This document shows, piece by piece, positions 36,464 through 45,401 of a DNA stretch of 64,000 nt. The first letter of the stretch is position 1. Each line of letters starts with the position of its first letter. Made by a program: the position numbers and the translations under genes. The stretch lies in NCBI GenBank assembly GCA_002050365.1, contig MWYZ01000108.1, positions 16,754-80,753 on the forward strand, written 5' to 3'. The notes under the pieces were generated by a model. That model searched no databases. It had not been told where the DNA came from and worked only from the letters and a program-made list of their open reading frames with translations. The DNA is from Acidobacteria bacterium 28-1 (GTDB lineage: Bacteria > Acidobacteriota > Blastocatellia > Pyrinomonadales > Pyrinomonadaceae).

Positions 36464-36712
36464 TCAAACCGTCTCCACCGTCAGAGGCATAAAATCAATA
36501 CGGCTTAAAGATTCTCCGGCAAAAAGCAGACAGGCTTGAACATCTTCCGCCATCAAGCCTTCGTATTCATCTAAAATTTCTTCAATCGTCGCGCCGTGCG
36601 CCAATAAATTAATAATAAATTCGACCGTCAAACGTGTGCCTTTGATGACGGGCTTTCCGATCATCACTTTGGGATTGAGAACGATACGTTCGAGTAATTG
36701 TTGATTTCGCAT
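36464..36712 (-). CDS. DUF433 domain protein (antitoxin-like partner of the PIN-like gene)
   Basis: IVLNPKVMIGKPVIKGTRLTVEFIINLLAHGATIEEILDEYEGLMAEDVQACLLFA is typical DUF433. The stop overlaps the downstream gene start. Confidence 0.75.
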   Translation of the reverse strand: MRNQQLLERIVLNPKVMIGKPVIKGTRLTVEFIINLLAHGATIEEILDEYEGLMAEDVQACLLFAGESLSRIDFMPLTVETV

Positions 36713-36769
36713 ATTTCAACCTCGGCTTTATTTTCGCACAAACTTTTTTGTAATCAAACTTTATTGGTT

Positions 36770-37201
36770 TCAAGTCGTTTTGCCGGGTAAATAATAAAAT
36801 CGCAAAATGATAAGTCCGGCGATTGCCGCCGCGCACAGCAGTAAATCGAGCGCGGTGATGTTCGGATTGACCGTCTTACGGGCGAGGACGAAAACCACGA
36901 CTTCGACCGCCGCGCTCATTCGATGATACAGCAGAAGAAACGCGAACTCAGCGGCAATGGCAATCAGCAAAACATTTTCGACGATTCTTTGCAGAGCGAC
37001 ATACTCGTCATTCTGTTGCCAGAGTTGAGGAAAATCGCGGACAACCGTATCGTAAGCGGCGATGCCAGCCGCAATCAACAGCAACAGGGCAAGCACTGAA
37101 AGAAACAAATGAATGACAACGCCGACATAATTTGCGATGGCACGTTCGATTTTGGTTTCTTTGCCCGTTCCGATTACGTCTTTTTCCGTTTCTTCAGTCA
37201 T
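36770..37201 (-). CDS. Small integral membrane protein, possibly PsiE-like
   Basis: 143 aa with four hydrophobic segments. The IVENVLLIAIAAEFAFLLL region is reminiscent of the PsiE family. The assignment is tentative. Confidence 0.4.
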   Translation of the reverse strand: MTEETEKDVIGTGKETKIERAIANYVGVVIHLFLSVLALLLLIAAGIAAYDTVVRDFPQLWQQNDEYVALQRIVENVLLIAIAAEFAFLLLYHRMSAAVEVVVFVLARKTVNPNITALDLLLCAAAIAGLIILRFYYLPGKTT

Positions 37202-37208
37202 AAAACTT

Positions 37209-37714
37209 TCAGTCCAACAAATCGCGCACCGCCTGCCGCACCAAATCAGTTGTCAATCCATAAACCAAGTGCGAAGAAAGGGCGTAAGCGTGCGTCGAAA
37301 GCGGATATTGGGTTGCCGGTTTTGCAAGTCCGAGCGCGGGCACGACGACATCATCCGCAACCAGCCAAACCGCCGCGCCGAACGGAAGCCCCAATCCGAC
37401 TGTCGTCATCGGCGCAATCTCGGAAGCAATACCGTAAATCAAGCCCGACATTGCGCCCATCGCGTAATGCGCCGCTTCGCCCGCCGGTTCTTTTTCGCTT
37501 TTCTTTAATCGGTGGTCGAAAACCGCTTTGGAAATTCCTTCGGCGGCTTTGACGTTTGCCGGTTCGTCTTCCTTTTTTTTTTTGATTTTTTCTCTTCTTC
37601 CGAAAGCGCGCTTAAAAGCGTCTGAAATGCGCTCATCACGAAAGAAGCCACCAGCCCGCCGACGAGTCCGGCAACCGCTCCTTTTACCACATCGCCCTCA
37701 TTTGTTTTTTTCAT
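37209..37714 (-). CDS. DUF1440-like membrane protein interrupted by a frameshift in an A11 tract (37573-37583)
   Basis: ORF 37505..37714 (MKKTNEGDVVKGAVAGLVGGLVASFVMSAFQ...) and ORF 37209..37460 are in different frames. The second frame is open upstream to the A-run and reads KKKKEDEPANVKAAEGISKAVFDHRLKKSEKEPAGEAAHYAMGAMSGLIYG..., giving one continuous DUF1440-type protein if the run were A12. Confidence 0.6.
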
Positions 37715-37768
37715 ATAATCTCTTTAATTTCTTTCACAGATTGTTTTGAAAAGAGTTGCAGTCGCAAT

Positions 37769-38080
37769 TCACACACTAAACTCTTTTGGCTCAATCTTAA
37801 TTTCCTTTAGAATTTCAAAATAGCTGTCGAAAATATACTCCATTTCTTCCGTGTCAAAATCGAAACTATCCCAATCATCAAAATATTTTTGTATTTCTTG
37901 AATTACAAATTGGTTAGTCGGATGAGTTTTGTAGAGATTTATCAGAAAGTCAATAAAAGTTTTGACAGCCAATTGCATCTCTTCAATAGTTGACTCTTCT
38001 GAATGATTCAAGCCGCGTTCACCCCATTCATCCAACGGAAAAAACTGCTTGGCTTTTAAATCATTTAAAGTTTCTATCAT
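37769..38080 (-). CDS. Acidic AT-rich ORFan, start overlaps the hypD stop (ATGA)
   Basis: 103-aa ORF rich in D/E/F/I, in visibly AT-rich DNA. No recognisable motif. Confidence 0.45.
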   Translation of the reverse strand: MIETLNDLKAKQFFPLDEWGERGLNHSEESTIEEMQLAVKTFIDFLINLYKTHPTNQFVIQEIQKYFDDWDSFDFDTEEMEYIFDSYFEILKEIKIEPKEFSV

Positions 38081-39186
38081 ATTGAATGCTCTGCCTTCGG
38101 TGCTAATCGTCCGTAATTATAATAAGCCGCGCACGCGCCCTCGCTCGAAACCATTGTCGCGCCGAGCGGTTTGCGCGGCGTGCAGTTTTTGCCGAAGCAT
38201 TCGCATTCGTGCGGTTTAATCATTCCTTGCAAGACTTCACCGCTTCGACAGAGAGGCGATTCGACGGTGTTTATTCCCGTCACATCAAACTTCGCTTCGG
38301 CATCGAACTGGCGATATTTTTCATTCAAACGCCAGCCGCTTTGCGGAATAATGCCAATGCCGCGCCACGCACTGTCAGTCGTGCGAAAAACTTCGGCGAG
38401 CATCGTTTGCGCGGGAATGTTTCCGTCGAAATTAACTACTCTTTTGTAGCCGTTTTCGATTTCGTGTCGCCCGCTTTCGAGTTGCATCACCACGCGGCGA
38501 ATGCCTTCCAAAACGTCAACCGGCTCAAAGCCCGTCACGACAATCGGAACTTTGTATTTTTCGACGAGCGGCGGGTATTGCGCGTAGCCCATCACCGAAC
38601 AGACATGACCGGCGGCAAGAAATCCTTGGACGCGATTGGTCGGCGAGTCCATAATCGCGGCAATCGCGGGCGGCACGAGAACGTGCGAAACCAGCATCGA
38701 AAAATTTTCGAGATTTTGCTGTTTTGCCTGGAAAACCGCCATTGCATTTGCAGGCGCGGTCGTTTCAAAACCGATGCCGAAAAAGACGACTTCCTTTTCG
38801 GGATTTTCCCGTGCAATTTTCAGCGCGTCGAGCGGCGAATAAACCGTGCGAACATCGCCGCCTTCGCTTTTGACGCGAAACAAATCCTTCTCGCTTCCGG
38901 GAACGCGCAGCATATCACCGAACGAACAGAAAATTACATTCGGTTTGGCGGCAATCGCTAGAGCTTTGTCAATCATATCGAGCGGCGTCACGCAGACCGG
39001 ACAGCCCGGACCGTGAATCAGTTCGATATTTTCCGGAAGGAGCTGGTCAATGCCGTGCCGAATAATCGAATGCGTCTGACCGCCGCAAACTTCCATAATC
39101 GCCCACGGGCGCGTGGTGGCGGCGCGAATCTCCGATAAGATATTTTGCGCTAGTTCTGGGTCACGAAACTCTTGCAGATATTTCAT
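38077..39186 (-). CDS. hypD: [NiFe]-hydrogenase maturation protein HypD
   Basis: [13 protein letters not shown]..., CGGQTH and [10 protein letters not shown] motifs. ATG 39186 follows an AAGGAG RBS. Confidence 0.9.
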   Translation of the reverse strand: MKYLQEFRDPELAQNILSEIRAATTRPWAIMEVCGGQTHSIIRHGIDQLLPENIELIHGPGCPVCVTPLDMIDKALAIAAKPNVIFCSFGDMLRVPGSEKDLFRVKSEGGDVRTVYSPLDALKIARENPEKEVVFFGIGFETTAPANAMAVFQAKQQNLENFSMLVSHVLVPPAIAAIMDSPTNRVQGFLAAGHVCSVMGYAQYPPLVEKYKVPIVVTGFEPVDVLEGIRRVVMQLESGRHEIENGYKRVVNFDGNIPAQTMLAEVFRTTDSAWRGIGIIPQSGWRLNEKYRQFDAEAKFDVTGINTVESPLCRSGEVLQGMIKPHECECFGKNCTPRKPLGATMVSSEGACAAYYNYGRLAPKAEHSI

Positions 39187-39454
39187 TTTGTACTCCTTGG
39201 GCTTCCGTTGTCGCACCGAGTTCTTCTTCTAAAACGCCCATCTCTCGAAATATCTGAAGCGTTTCGAGAGCCGTTTTTTCGTCTAATTTTTCGATGGCAA
39301 AACCGACGTGGACGAGCGCGTATTCACCGATTTTAATGTCCGGCACATACGCCAAACAGATGTTTTTGGTGATGCCGTCGAAATCAATTTTGCCCATCTG
39401 CACGCCGTCGGCTTCAAATTTATTAACGATTTTTCCGGGAATTGCTAAACACAT
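39161..39454 (-). CDS. hypC: [NiFe]-hydrogenase maturation chaperone HypC
   Basis: The N-terminus is [10 protein letters not shown]. The 3' end overlaps the hypD start by 26 nt. Confidence 0.85.
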   Translation of the reverse strand: MCLAIPGKIVNKFEADGVQMGKIDFDGITKNICLAYVPDIKIGEYALVHVGFAIEKLDEKTALETLQIFREMGVLEEELGATTEAQGVQNEISARVS

Positions 39455-39500
39455 AATTTTTTGTCCTTTATATCAACTATAAAACGATTTTCTATTCAAA

Positions 39501-40418
39501 TTATGAAACGCGATTTTCATAAATATATTTATAAACGTTTTCATTTTTGAGAGTTGATTTTATTTTTGATTTTATTTCTTCCTTATTCGGCAATTTATAT
39601 TCTTTGTCGAAAAATGACCAAGCTACTTCTTCTTTGCCCATATAGATGTAACGCAAAACTATATCAAGCCTGTTGGATAAATAATTACTTTCATTGCTCG
39701 GATTTAACCGCTTTACTTCATTCTCGATTCCCGCTAATAAATAGTCCTGAAACATTGGATTGGCGGGGAAATATTTTCTTGCGTCTTTGTCATATTTGAA
39801 AATGATTTCTGGAAGCGGGGTTTCCGCCATTGACATATTTTCAAACATATAAAAATTAGTAAGCGGCAAAGAAATTTCATACACTCCATCTTTATCAATG
39901 TCTATAACATTGAATTCTTCCCGCCCGACACCATAATCTTTACTATCGAAAATCACCCGTGCTTCAGATGATAAATCAATAACCCAGTGCCTTCCACCGC
40001 GAGGTATTGTTTGTGAAACAGCAAGTTGTTTTGTTCCTTTACCCAAGAAAGGAAATAAGCCGAAATCGGTTGCGTTTCCCGCACCAAAATAAACTCCGTC
40101 AAACGTATCTAATACTTTATTTTTCTTTTTTAAAACGGCATAAGAAACCTCAACCGATTCAGGTTTTGATTTCATTTCTGGTGGATATTCCAATTTAACT
40201 TTCTTTTTTAGTTTAACTACATCATAACAGTTGAAAGAGAGTGAATCTTTATCAACAAAAATGCTGTCAATTTGTTCAGGTTCTTCTTTAGACGAATTAG
40301 AATTAGTCGTATTTTGTAATCCTGGAGTAATTGCAGATTGAGAAACTGTTTGAGCTTCGCACGCCAAAAAAGTTGGCGCGAATATGAAAAGAATAAATAA
40401 AAAGTAGAATTGTTTCAT
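39501..40418 (-). CDS. AT-rich hypothetical lipoprotein
   Basis: The signal plus lipobox is MKQFYFLFILFIFAPTFLAC. Length is 305 aa with no recognisable domain. Composition is much more AT-rich than the flanking hyp genes. Confidence 0.55.
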   Translation of the reverse strand: MKQFYFLFILFIFAPTFLACEAQTVSQSAITPGLQNTTNSNSSKEEPEQIDSIFVDKDSLSFNCYDVVKLKKKVKLEYPPEMKSKPESVEVSYAVLKKKNKVLDTFDGVYFGAGNATDFGLFPFLGKGTKQLAVSQTIPRGGRHWVIDLSSEARVIFDSKDYGVGREEFNVIDIDKDGVYEISLPLTNFYMFENMSMAETPLPEIIFKYDKDARKYFPANPMFQDYLLAGIENEVKRLNPSNESNYLSNRLDIVLRYIYMGKEEVAWSFFDKEYKLPNKEEIKSKIKSTLKNENVYKYIYENRVS

Positions 40419-40480
40419 TTAAAAATCTTACTTATATTTCCGCCTTTACGACAAAATGCCATTGTAGAAATTCCAACCAT

Positions 40481-40819
40481 TCATTCCCCAATAATTTCAT
40501 TCAGTCCTTCAATCACTAACTCCAACTCATCGGCTGATGCTCTGCCCAATTTCTTTCCTAATCGTTTCACTGACAAAACTCTGATTTGACTGATTTTCAC
40601 CCAGGACTTCTTTGGCAAATTGGAATCGGTCAATTCGAGCGTCAAAGGAAAACCCGCGCTCGGCGGCTGACTTGTCAATGCAACCGCAATGACTGTTCCC
40701 GAGCGGTCGTTAAAAACGTTCTGACTCAACACTAGGACGGGACGCAAGCCGGATTGTTCGTGTCCTTGCGTCGGGTCAAGACTCGCCCAGATAATGTCGC
40801 CCCTTAATATTCGAGCCAT
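40481..40819 (-). CDS. mazF: MazF/PemK family endoribonuclease toxin
   Basis: RGDIIWASLDPTQGHEQSGLRPVLVLSQNVFNDRSGTVIAVALTSQ is the canonical MazF/PemK N-terminal region. Confidence 0.85.
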   Translation of the reverse strand: MARILRGDIIWASLDPTQGHEQSGLRPVLVLSQNVFNDRSGTVIAVALTSQPPSAGFPLTLELTDSNLPKKSWVKISQIRVLSVKRLGKKLGRASADELELVIEGLNEIIGE

Positions 40820-41046
40820 TCCGCTACCTCGGAAGCCAAGCCTTCATCGGCAAGAGCCTGCTCGAATTTTTTATCGAGCTTCGCGCACTCACGCGCTAAA
40901 CGATTGCGGTCGAGTCGTGAAACCTTTTCTTCAACGGCGGATTGAATGGCTTGACTGCGATTTGAAAAAACTTGTTCTTTAACCAGAATATCAACCTTTT
41001 TCAGCAAGTTTGATTCAATGGAAATTGTTACTTTTGCGACACTCAT
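40804..41046 (-). CDS. Ribbon-helix-helix (CopG/MazE-type) antitoxin
   Basis: MSVAKVTISIESNLLKKVDILVKEQVFSNRSQAIQSAVEE is RHH-like. It overlaps the mazF start by 16 nt. The track ORF's longer N-terminus would run into hypB. Confidence 0.7.
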   Translation of the reverse strand: MSVAKVTISIESNLLKKVDILVKEQVFSNRSQAIQSAVEEKVSRLDRNRLARECAKLDKKFEQALADEGLASEVAEWLEY

Positions 41047-41065
41047 AATTAAGTAATACCATTGG

Positions 41066-41734
41066 TCATACTTGCCCGTCAACAAATTTAGCTTGCAGAA
41101 ATTCCAGCCATTTGTCCATTCCCTCGCCCGTTTTTGACGAAACTTCAAACACCTGCATCGCGGGACGCACGGCTTGGATGCTCGCGTGTGCCGCTTTCAA
41201 ATCAAACTCGACAGCTTCCGCCAAATCCATTTTTGTAATCACGGCGACATCAGCCGTATTGAAAATCGTCGGATATTTGAGCGGCTTATCTTCGCCTTCG
41301 GTCGTTGACATCAGCACGACGCGCAACGCTTCGCCCAAATCGTAACTTGATGGGCAAACGAGATTGCCGACGTTTTCGATAAACAAACAATCGAGTTCGT
41401 TCAAATCCCAATCTTGCAGCGAATCTGAAACCATCTGCGCTTCGAGATGACAAATCGTGCCGGTGACGATTTGTTTGACGGGAACTTCCGCCCGCGCCAA
41501 ACGCGCCGCATCGTTCGCCGTCGCCAAATCGCCGACGAGCGCGGTAATGCGATACTGCGAACGCAGCTTCGTTAAAGTCTTTTCCAGAAAAGCGGTTTTG
41601 CCCGAACCCGGACTCGACACAAAACTGGCGACAAAAACTCCGGCTTTCTGAAAACGAATTCGTAGTTCACGCGCCAAAACATCGTTGTGTTTCAGCACGT
41701 TTTGTCTGACTTCGACTAAGCGAGTTTGTGTCAT
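41066..41734 (-). CDS. hypB: [NiFe]-hydrogenase nickel-incorporation GTPase HypB
   Basis: It has the P-loop SSPGSGKT, IENVGNLVCP and the NKxD-like ITKMDL. Confidence 0.9.
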   Translation of the reverse strand: MTQTRLVEVRQNVLKHNDVLARELRIRFQKAGVFVASFVSSPGSGKTAFLEKTLTKLRSQYRITALVGDLATANDAARLARAEVPVKQIVTGTICHLEAQMVSDSLQDWDLNELDCLFIENVGNLVCPSSYDLGEALRVVLMSTTEGEDKPLKYPTIFNTADVAVITKMDLAEAVEFDLKAAHASIQAVRPAMQVFEVSSKTGEGMDKWLEFLQAKFVDGQV

Positions 41735-42078
41735 TCAATAATCTCCAATGCCGTTACTTCCAATTCTCTGCCTTGCATAACTTCCGGTGTCGGCGCATTG
41801 CAAACAGGACACAAAAAATTATTAATCTCTGCAATCGTTCGATCTGTTTTGCAATTCTCACAATGCACGACGACGGGAATTTCCGTAATCTCAAGTCGTG
41901 AACTTTCGAGTGTCGTTCCCTGACAGGCAATTTCCCACGAAAAAAGCAGCGCGTCTTTGACCACTCCCGAAAGCCGTCCGAGTTTCAAATGAACCGCGTC
42001 AACTTTCGCTCCGCCGCGCTTGTTTGATTCTTCGATTCCCATCTCAACGATACTCAGTGCAATTGAAAGTTCGTGCAT
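41731..42078 (-). CDS. hypA: [NiFe]-hydrogenase nickel-incorporation protein HypA
   Basis: The N-terminus is MHELSIALSIVE. The zinc site is formed by CENC...CPVC. Confidence 0.9.
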   Translation of the reverse strand: MHELSIALSIVEMGIEESNKRGGAKVDAVHLKLGRLSGVVKDALLFSWEIACQGTTLESSRLEITEIPVVVHCENCKTDRTIAEINNFLCPVCNAPTPEVMQGRELEVTALEIIE

Positions 42079-42105
42079 GTTTTCAAAACCGGCGAATCAA
42101 TCCAG

Positions 42106-42675
42106 TTAAATTTCTGCCGTGATGTCAAAGGAAATTTCCACTTCGTCCTTAACTTTGAGCGTGCCGCCGAGCGCTTTCACCTTTTTGATATTGAAATCGC
42201 TTTGTTTCAATTTAAATTCGCCTTGCGCGCGGATGGTTTTTCCGCTAATTTCCGCTTCGGCTTCGATTGTCTGCCCGCGCGTTTCACCGTGAAGCGACAA
42301 AGAGCCGTTAATTTTGATGGCGTATCTGTTGTCGGCAATTTGCCTCATCGAAACATCACGACTGACAAAGACGATCTCCGGATGCCGCGAAATTTCCAGC
42401 ACTTCTTCGCGCATCGTATTTTCTATTTCCGCCGCATCTTTGGCACTGACTTTATCGAGTAACGACAGCTTATCCGCCTGCGCTATTAACAGCATCGAAT
42501 CAACTTCCCGGTTGTCGGAATCAAGCTGTATTTCGCCGCCGTAGCGCCCGACGGCAAAAGTCGGATTGTGTCCCATAAATGAAAGCATTCCTTCGGCAAA
42601 GGCTTGCGCGGTGAAACTGCTGCGGCTGGCATCAATGCGATAACGTATTCCTAAATTTTCCGGGTTGTTCGTCAT
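42106..42675 (-). CDS. YceI-like domain protein
   Basis: YRIDASRSSFTAQAF...LSLHGETRGQTIEAEAEISGKTIRAQGEFKLKQSDFNI follows the YceI pattern. ATG is at 42675. Confidence 0.75.
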   Translation of the reverse strand: MTNNPENLGIRYRIDASRSSFTAQAFAEGMLSFMGHNPTFAVGRYGGEIQLDSDNREVDSMLLIAQADKLSLLDKVSAKDAAEIENTMREEVLEISRHPEIVFVSRDVSMRQIADNRYAIKINGSLSLHGETRGQTIEAEAEISGKTIRAQGEFKLKQSDFNIKKVKALGGTLKVKDEVEISFDITAEI

Positions 42676-42805
42676 AATTTTTAATTTGCGCCGCGTTATC
42701 TTCTTCTGTCTATTTCTAGTCAAAAAATTGCTTATGACTTATGACCGAACAGCGAATAATGAATCGAAAAGTTTTTATCTATTGCGCAAATATTTATTTT
42801 CTGTT

Positions 42806-44230
42806 TTATATTCCTCTCAAAGCCGCCCGCGCCGCAAAATAACCGCACATTCCGTGAACGCCGCCGCCCGGCGGTGTTGATGACGAGCAGATGTAAAGAC
42901 CTTTTGCAGGCGTTGAATAAAGACTTAATGTCGGGCGCAGAAAAAGCTGCCGAATGTCGTTTGAGCCGCCGCTAATATTGCCGCCAACGAGATTGGCATT
43001 GTGCCGTTCGAGTTCGGCGGGCGGCGAAACTTTTTTAGCGATAATGCAATCACGAAAGCCGGGCGCAAAGCGTTCGATTTGATTTTCGATGCGCTCGGTC
43101 ATATCAAAAGTTGAGCCGTTCGGGACGTGACAATAACCCCAAGCCGTATGTTTTCCTTCCGGCGCACGAGTCGAGTCAAACAAACTCGGCTGAGTTACGA
43201 GAACGTACGGTTTCTCGGCGTGTTTGCCTTTTGCCGGCGCGTCTTCGGAAGCGGCAATCTCGGCAAGCGTTCCGCCGAGATGAACTGTTCCGGCGCGGGC
43301 GCATTCTTTAGCCTTCCACGGAATCGGGGCGTTTAACGCCCAATCAATTTTGAACACGGCATGACCGATACGGTAACGCTCAAGTTTGCGCCGGTAACTT
43401 TTCGGCAAATGATGTCCGGCGACTTTTAACAATCCGCGCGGCGTTAGATCGCACAGCACGGCGCGTTCGGGTTTTAGTAAATTATCAATTGATTCGACGC
43501 GCGAATTTGCGACGACTTCGCCGCCGAGCGAGCGCAAATAAGAACTGAGCGCGTCGGCGATTTTCTGCGAGCCGCCGCGCGGAATCGCCCAACCAACGGC
43601 GTGTCCCGCAACGGCGAGAACGACGGCGAATGAAGCGGAAAAGGCTTGGTCGAGCGACAACATTGAGTGACCGGCAATTCCGGCAAATATCGCGCGGGCG
43701 CGTTCGCCCTTAAAATGGCTTTTTGCCAAACCTTGCGCCGAACGCCTTGCGCTTAAACCGAAGCGGGCAAACGTCAAAGGATGTTTCGGAAAACGTATCG
43801 GACCGAGCAAGTCGGCAAAGAGATTTTCCCAATCGTCAACCAACGGATTTATCAATTTGCGATACGCGGCGGCATCTTCACCAAGATTTTCGCAAGTTTC
43901 CTCAATTGATTTTTCCAACACGACCGCCGTTCCATCGTCAAGCGGATGCGCGAGCGGCGCAGGCGGTTGAATCCACTCTAAGCCGTGCGAAGCGAGCGGC
44001 AACGTGCGAAAGAACGGCGACGCAACACCGAGCGGATGCACCGCCGAGCAAATATCGTGAACAAAATTCGGCAGCGTCAATTCACCCGAACGAGTGCCGC
44101 CGCCGATAGTTTTTTCCGCTTCAAGCACTTGCACGGAACATCCGCTACGCGCCAATTCAATGGCGGCGGCAAGTCCATTTGGACCCGAACCGATAACGGT
44201 CGCCTGATTGAAATGCAGCGGTTGGCTCAT
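42806..44230 (-). CDS. Phytoene-desaturase-family (CrtI-like) NAD(P)/FAD-dependent oxidoreductase
   Basis: The N-terminal dinucleotide fold is ATVIGSGPNGLAAAIELARSGCSVQVLEA. Length is 474 aa, with a C-terminal ...GLYICSSSTPPGGGVHG. Confidence 0.8.
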   Translation of the reverse strand: MSQPLHFNQATVIGSGPNGLAAAIELARSGCSVQVLEAEKTIGGGTRSGELTLPNFVHDICSAVHPLGVASPFFRTLPLASHGLEWIQPPAPLAHPLDDGTAVVLEKSIEETCENLGEDAAAYRKLINPLVDDWENLFADLLGPIRFPKHPLTFARFGLSARRSAQGLAKSHFKGERARAIFAGIAGHSMLSLDQAFSASFAVVLAVAGHAVGWAIPRGGSQKIADALSSYLRSLGGEVVANSRVESIDNLLKPERAVLCDLTPRGLLKVAGHHLPKSYRRKLERYRIGHAVFKIDWALNAPIPWKAKECARAGTVHLGGTLAEIAASEDAPAKGKHAEKPYVLVTQPSLFDSTRAPEGKHTAWGYCHVPNGSTFDMTERIENQIERFAPGFRDCIIAKKVSPPAELERHNANLVGGNISGGSNDIRQLFLRPTLSLYSTPAKGLYICSSSTPPGGGVHGMCGYFAARAALRGI

Positions 44231-44257
44231 ATTGCGTTTGCCAGTTGTTCAAACCAA

Positions 44258-44440
44258 CTACATCATGCTGATTTTGATATACCGCTTAATATCGGGCAGA
44301 GCGGCAATTACCGTCACCGCCGCCAAAGCGAGAACCGTTCCGCCGACAATTTTCCAAGCTGTTGCCGCCGCCGAACTTTCGTCTCTGTATCTCGCCATCT
44401 GTCGGTTATCTTCTCTTCTTTCCATTTTATTGTGTTCCAT
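44258..44440 (-). CDS. Small single-TM protein
   Basis: 60 codons: a polar N-terminus, one hydrophobic helix (WKIVGGTVLALAAVTVIAAL), then PDIKRYIKISMM. As far as I recall, similar minis accompany actinobacterial-type hydrogenase clusters. Confidence 0.4.
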   Translation of the reverse strand: MEHNKMERREDNRQMARYRDESSAAATAWKIVGGTVLALAAVTVIAALPDIKRYIKISMM

Positions 44441-44473
44441 TTTCTTAATGCTCCTTGTAAATTCAAATTTTAT

Positions 44474-44992
44474 TTAGGCACAAGCCTTTTCTTGTTTTTC
44501 CGCCAAAATTTTAGTGATAAGCGATTCGACGACTTCGACCGCTTTATCAACTGCCGCTTCGACCGGTTCGCTCAAACCCATAAATCCGATGTCTTCCTCG
44601 CCGGTAAAAAGCGGCTCGCAACCGACGAGAAAGATTTTTTTGAATTCGCCGCCTAAAGTTTTGACCATACTCAAAACCTTCAGCGGGTTCATATTATGCG
44701 TATCAATCGCCGCCGGTTGCGCGTCGAGTTTATCGAGTTCGTCCAAATCCGGTTCAATAAGATAAATCGTGCCGGGCGCGTCGCCGCGCGGAGTTGCGTC
44801 AATAAATACGGTCACATCGTAACCGTCCATCAGCGCATAAGCCAAATCAAAACCGCGAATTCCGTAATCAACCACGCGCACATTTTCGGGTAATTTTCGT
44901 TCAAACAATCGTTTCGCCACTTCGCAGCCAAAAGCATCGTCGCCCAGAAAAATGTTGCCGATGCCCGCGATTAATATGCGCGGCTGTGTCAT
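44474..44992 (-). CDS. Hydrogenase maturation endopeptidase (HupD/HyaD/HybD family)
   Basis: ILIAGIGNIFLGDDAFG, VVDYG, DATPRGDAPG and HNMNP motifs. ATG 44992 is one codon inside the TTG 44995 track start. Confidence 0.85.
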   Translation of the reverse strand: MTQPRILIAGIGNIFLGDDAFGCEVAKRLFERKLPENVRVVDYGIRGFDLAYALMDGYDVTVFIDATPRGDAPGTIYLIEPDLDELDKLDAQPAAIDTHNMNPLKVLSMVKTLGGEFKKIFLVGCEPLFTGEEDIGFMGLSEPVEAAVDKAVEVVESLITKILAEKQEKACA

Positions 44993-45009
44993 CAATCAAT
45001 CTCCCTCTT

Positions 45010-45093
45010 GAAAGGATAAAGGATGAAGGATAAGGGATAAAGTAAAAACAATTCTCTTGTCTTTCTCCCTTCTCCTTTATACTTTATCCTTTC
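45010..45093. repeat. Purine-rich imperfect inverted repeat (33-nt arms)
   Basis: GAAAGGATAAAGGATGAAGGATAAGGGATAAAG (45010-45042) matches the reverse complement of 45061-45093 at 29 of 33 positions by hand. The right arm covers the last codons of the upstream gene, and the left arm abuts the protease RBS. Confidence 0.6.
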
Positions 45094-45391
45094 CTCTTAG
45101 CGGTTCGACTTCTTCCAAGGTAAAAAAGAAACGATGTCCGGGTTGCCGCATCATACCCAAATCGCGTCCCGGGTCGTCTTCCAAAACAACGGCGAGTTGA
45201 ACCTGGTCTTCGTAGGTTTGCTCGATTGATTCGATCACGGCGATTTGATTTGCCAGAGCCATATCGAAAATATCGCCGTTTTTACGCGGTCGCAGAATCA
45301 CGCGGTCGCCTTTTTTTATTTCAACGCCGGATACGCTCACCGATTCCAGCGGTGTGTGTTCTTCAAGAAGTTGCCATTCCAATTCGTTCAT
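45077..45391 (-). CDS. Conserved-looking hypothetical protein within the hydrogenase accessory arm
   Basis: 104-aa acidic ORF. I cannot assign a family. Confidence 0.45.
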   Translation of the reverse strand: MNELEWQLLEEHTPLESVSVSGVEIKKGDRVILRPRKNGDIFDMALANQIAVIESIEQTYEDQVQLAVVLEDDPGRDLGMMRQPGHRFFFTLEEVEPLRGKDKV

Positions 45392-45401
45392 TTATCCTAT
45401 T

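Noticed and set aside
38209-38961. A 250-codon plus-strand ORF antisense to hypD. Likewise 31197..31862 is antisense to pntB, 8687..9355 to the secreted protein gene, 17618..18304 to the GH1-like gene and 43985..44656 to the CrtI-like gene.
   Set aside because: All are fully embedded in the opposite strand of genes with clear family motifs. Their composition is typical of antisense frames.
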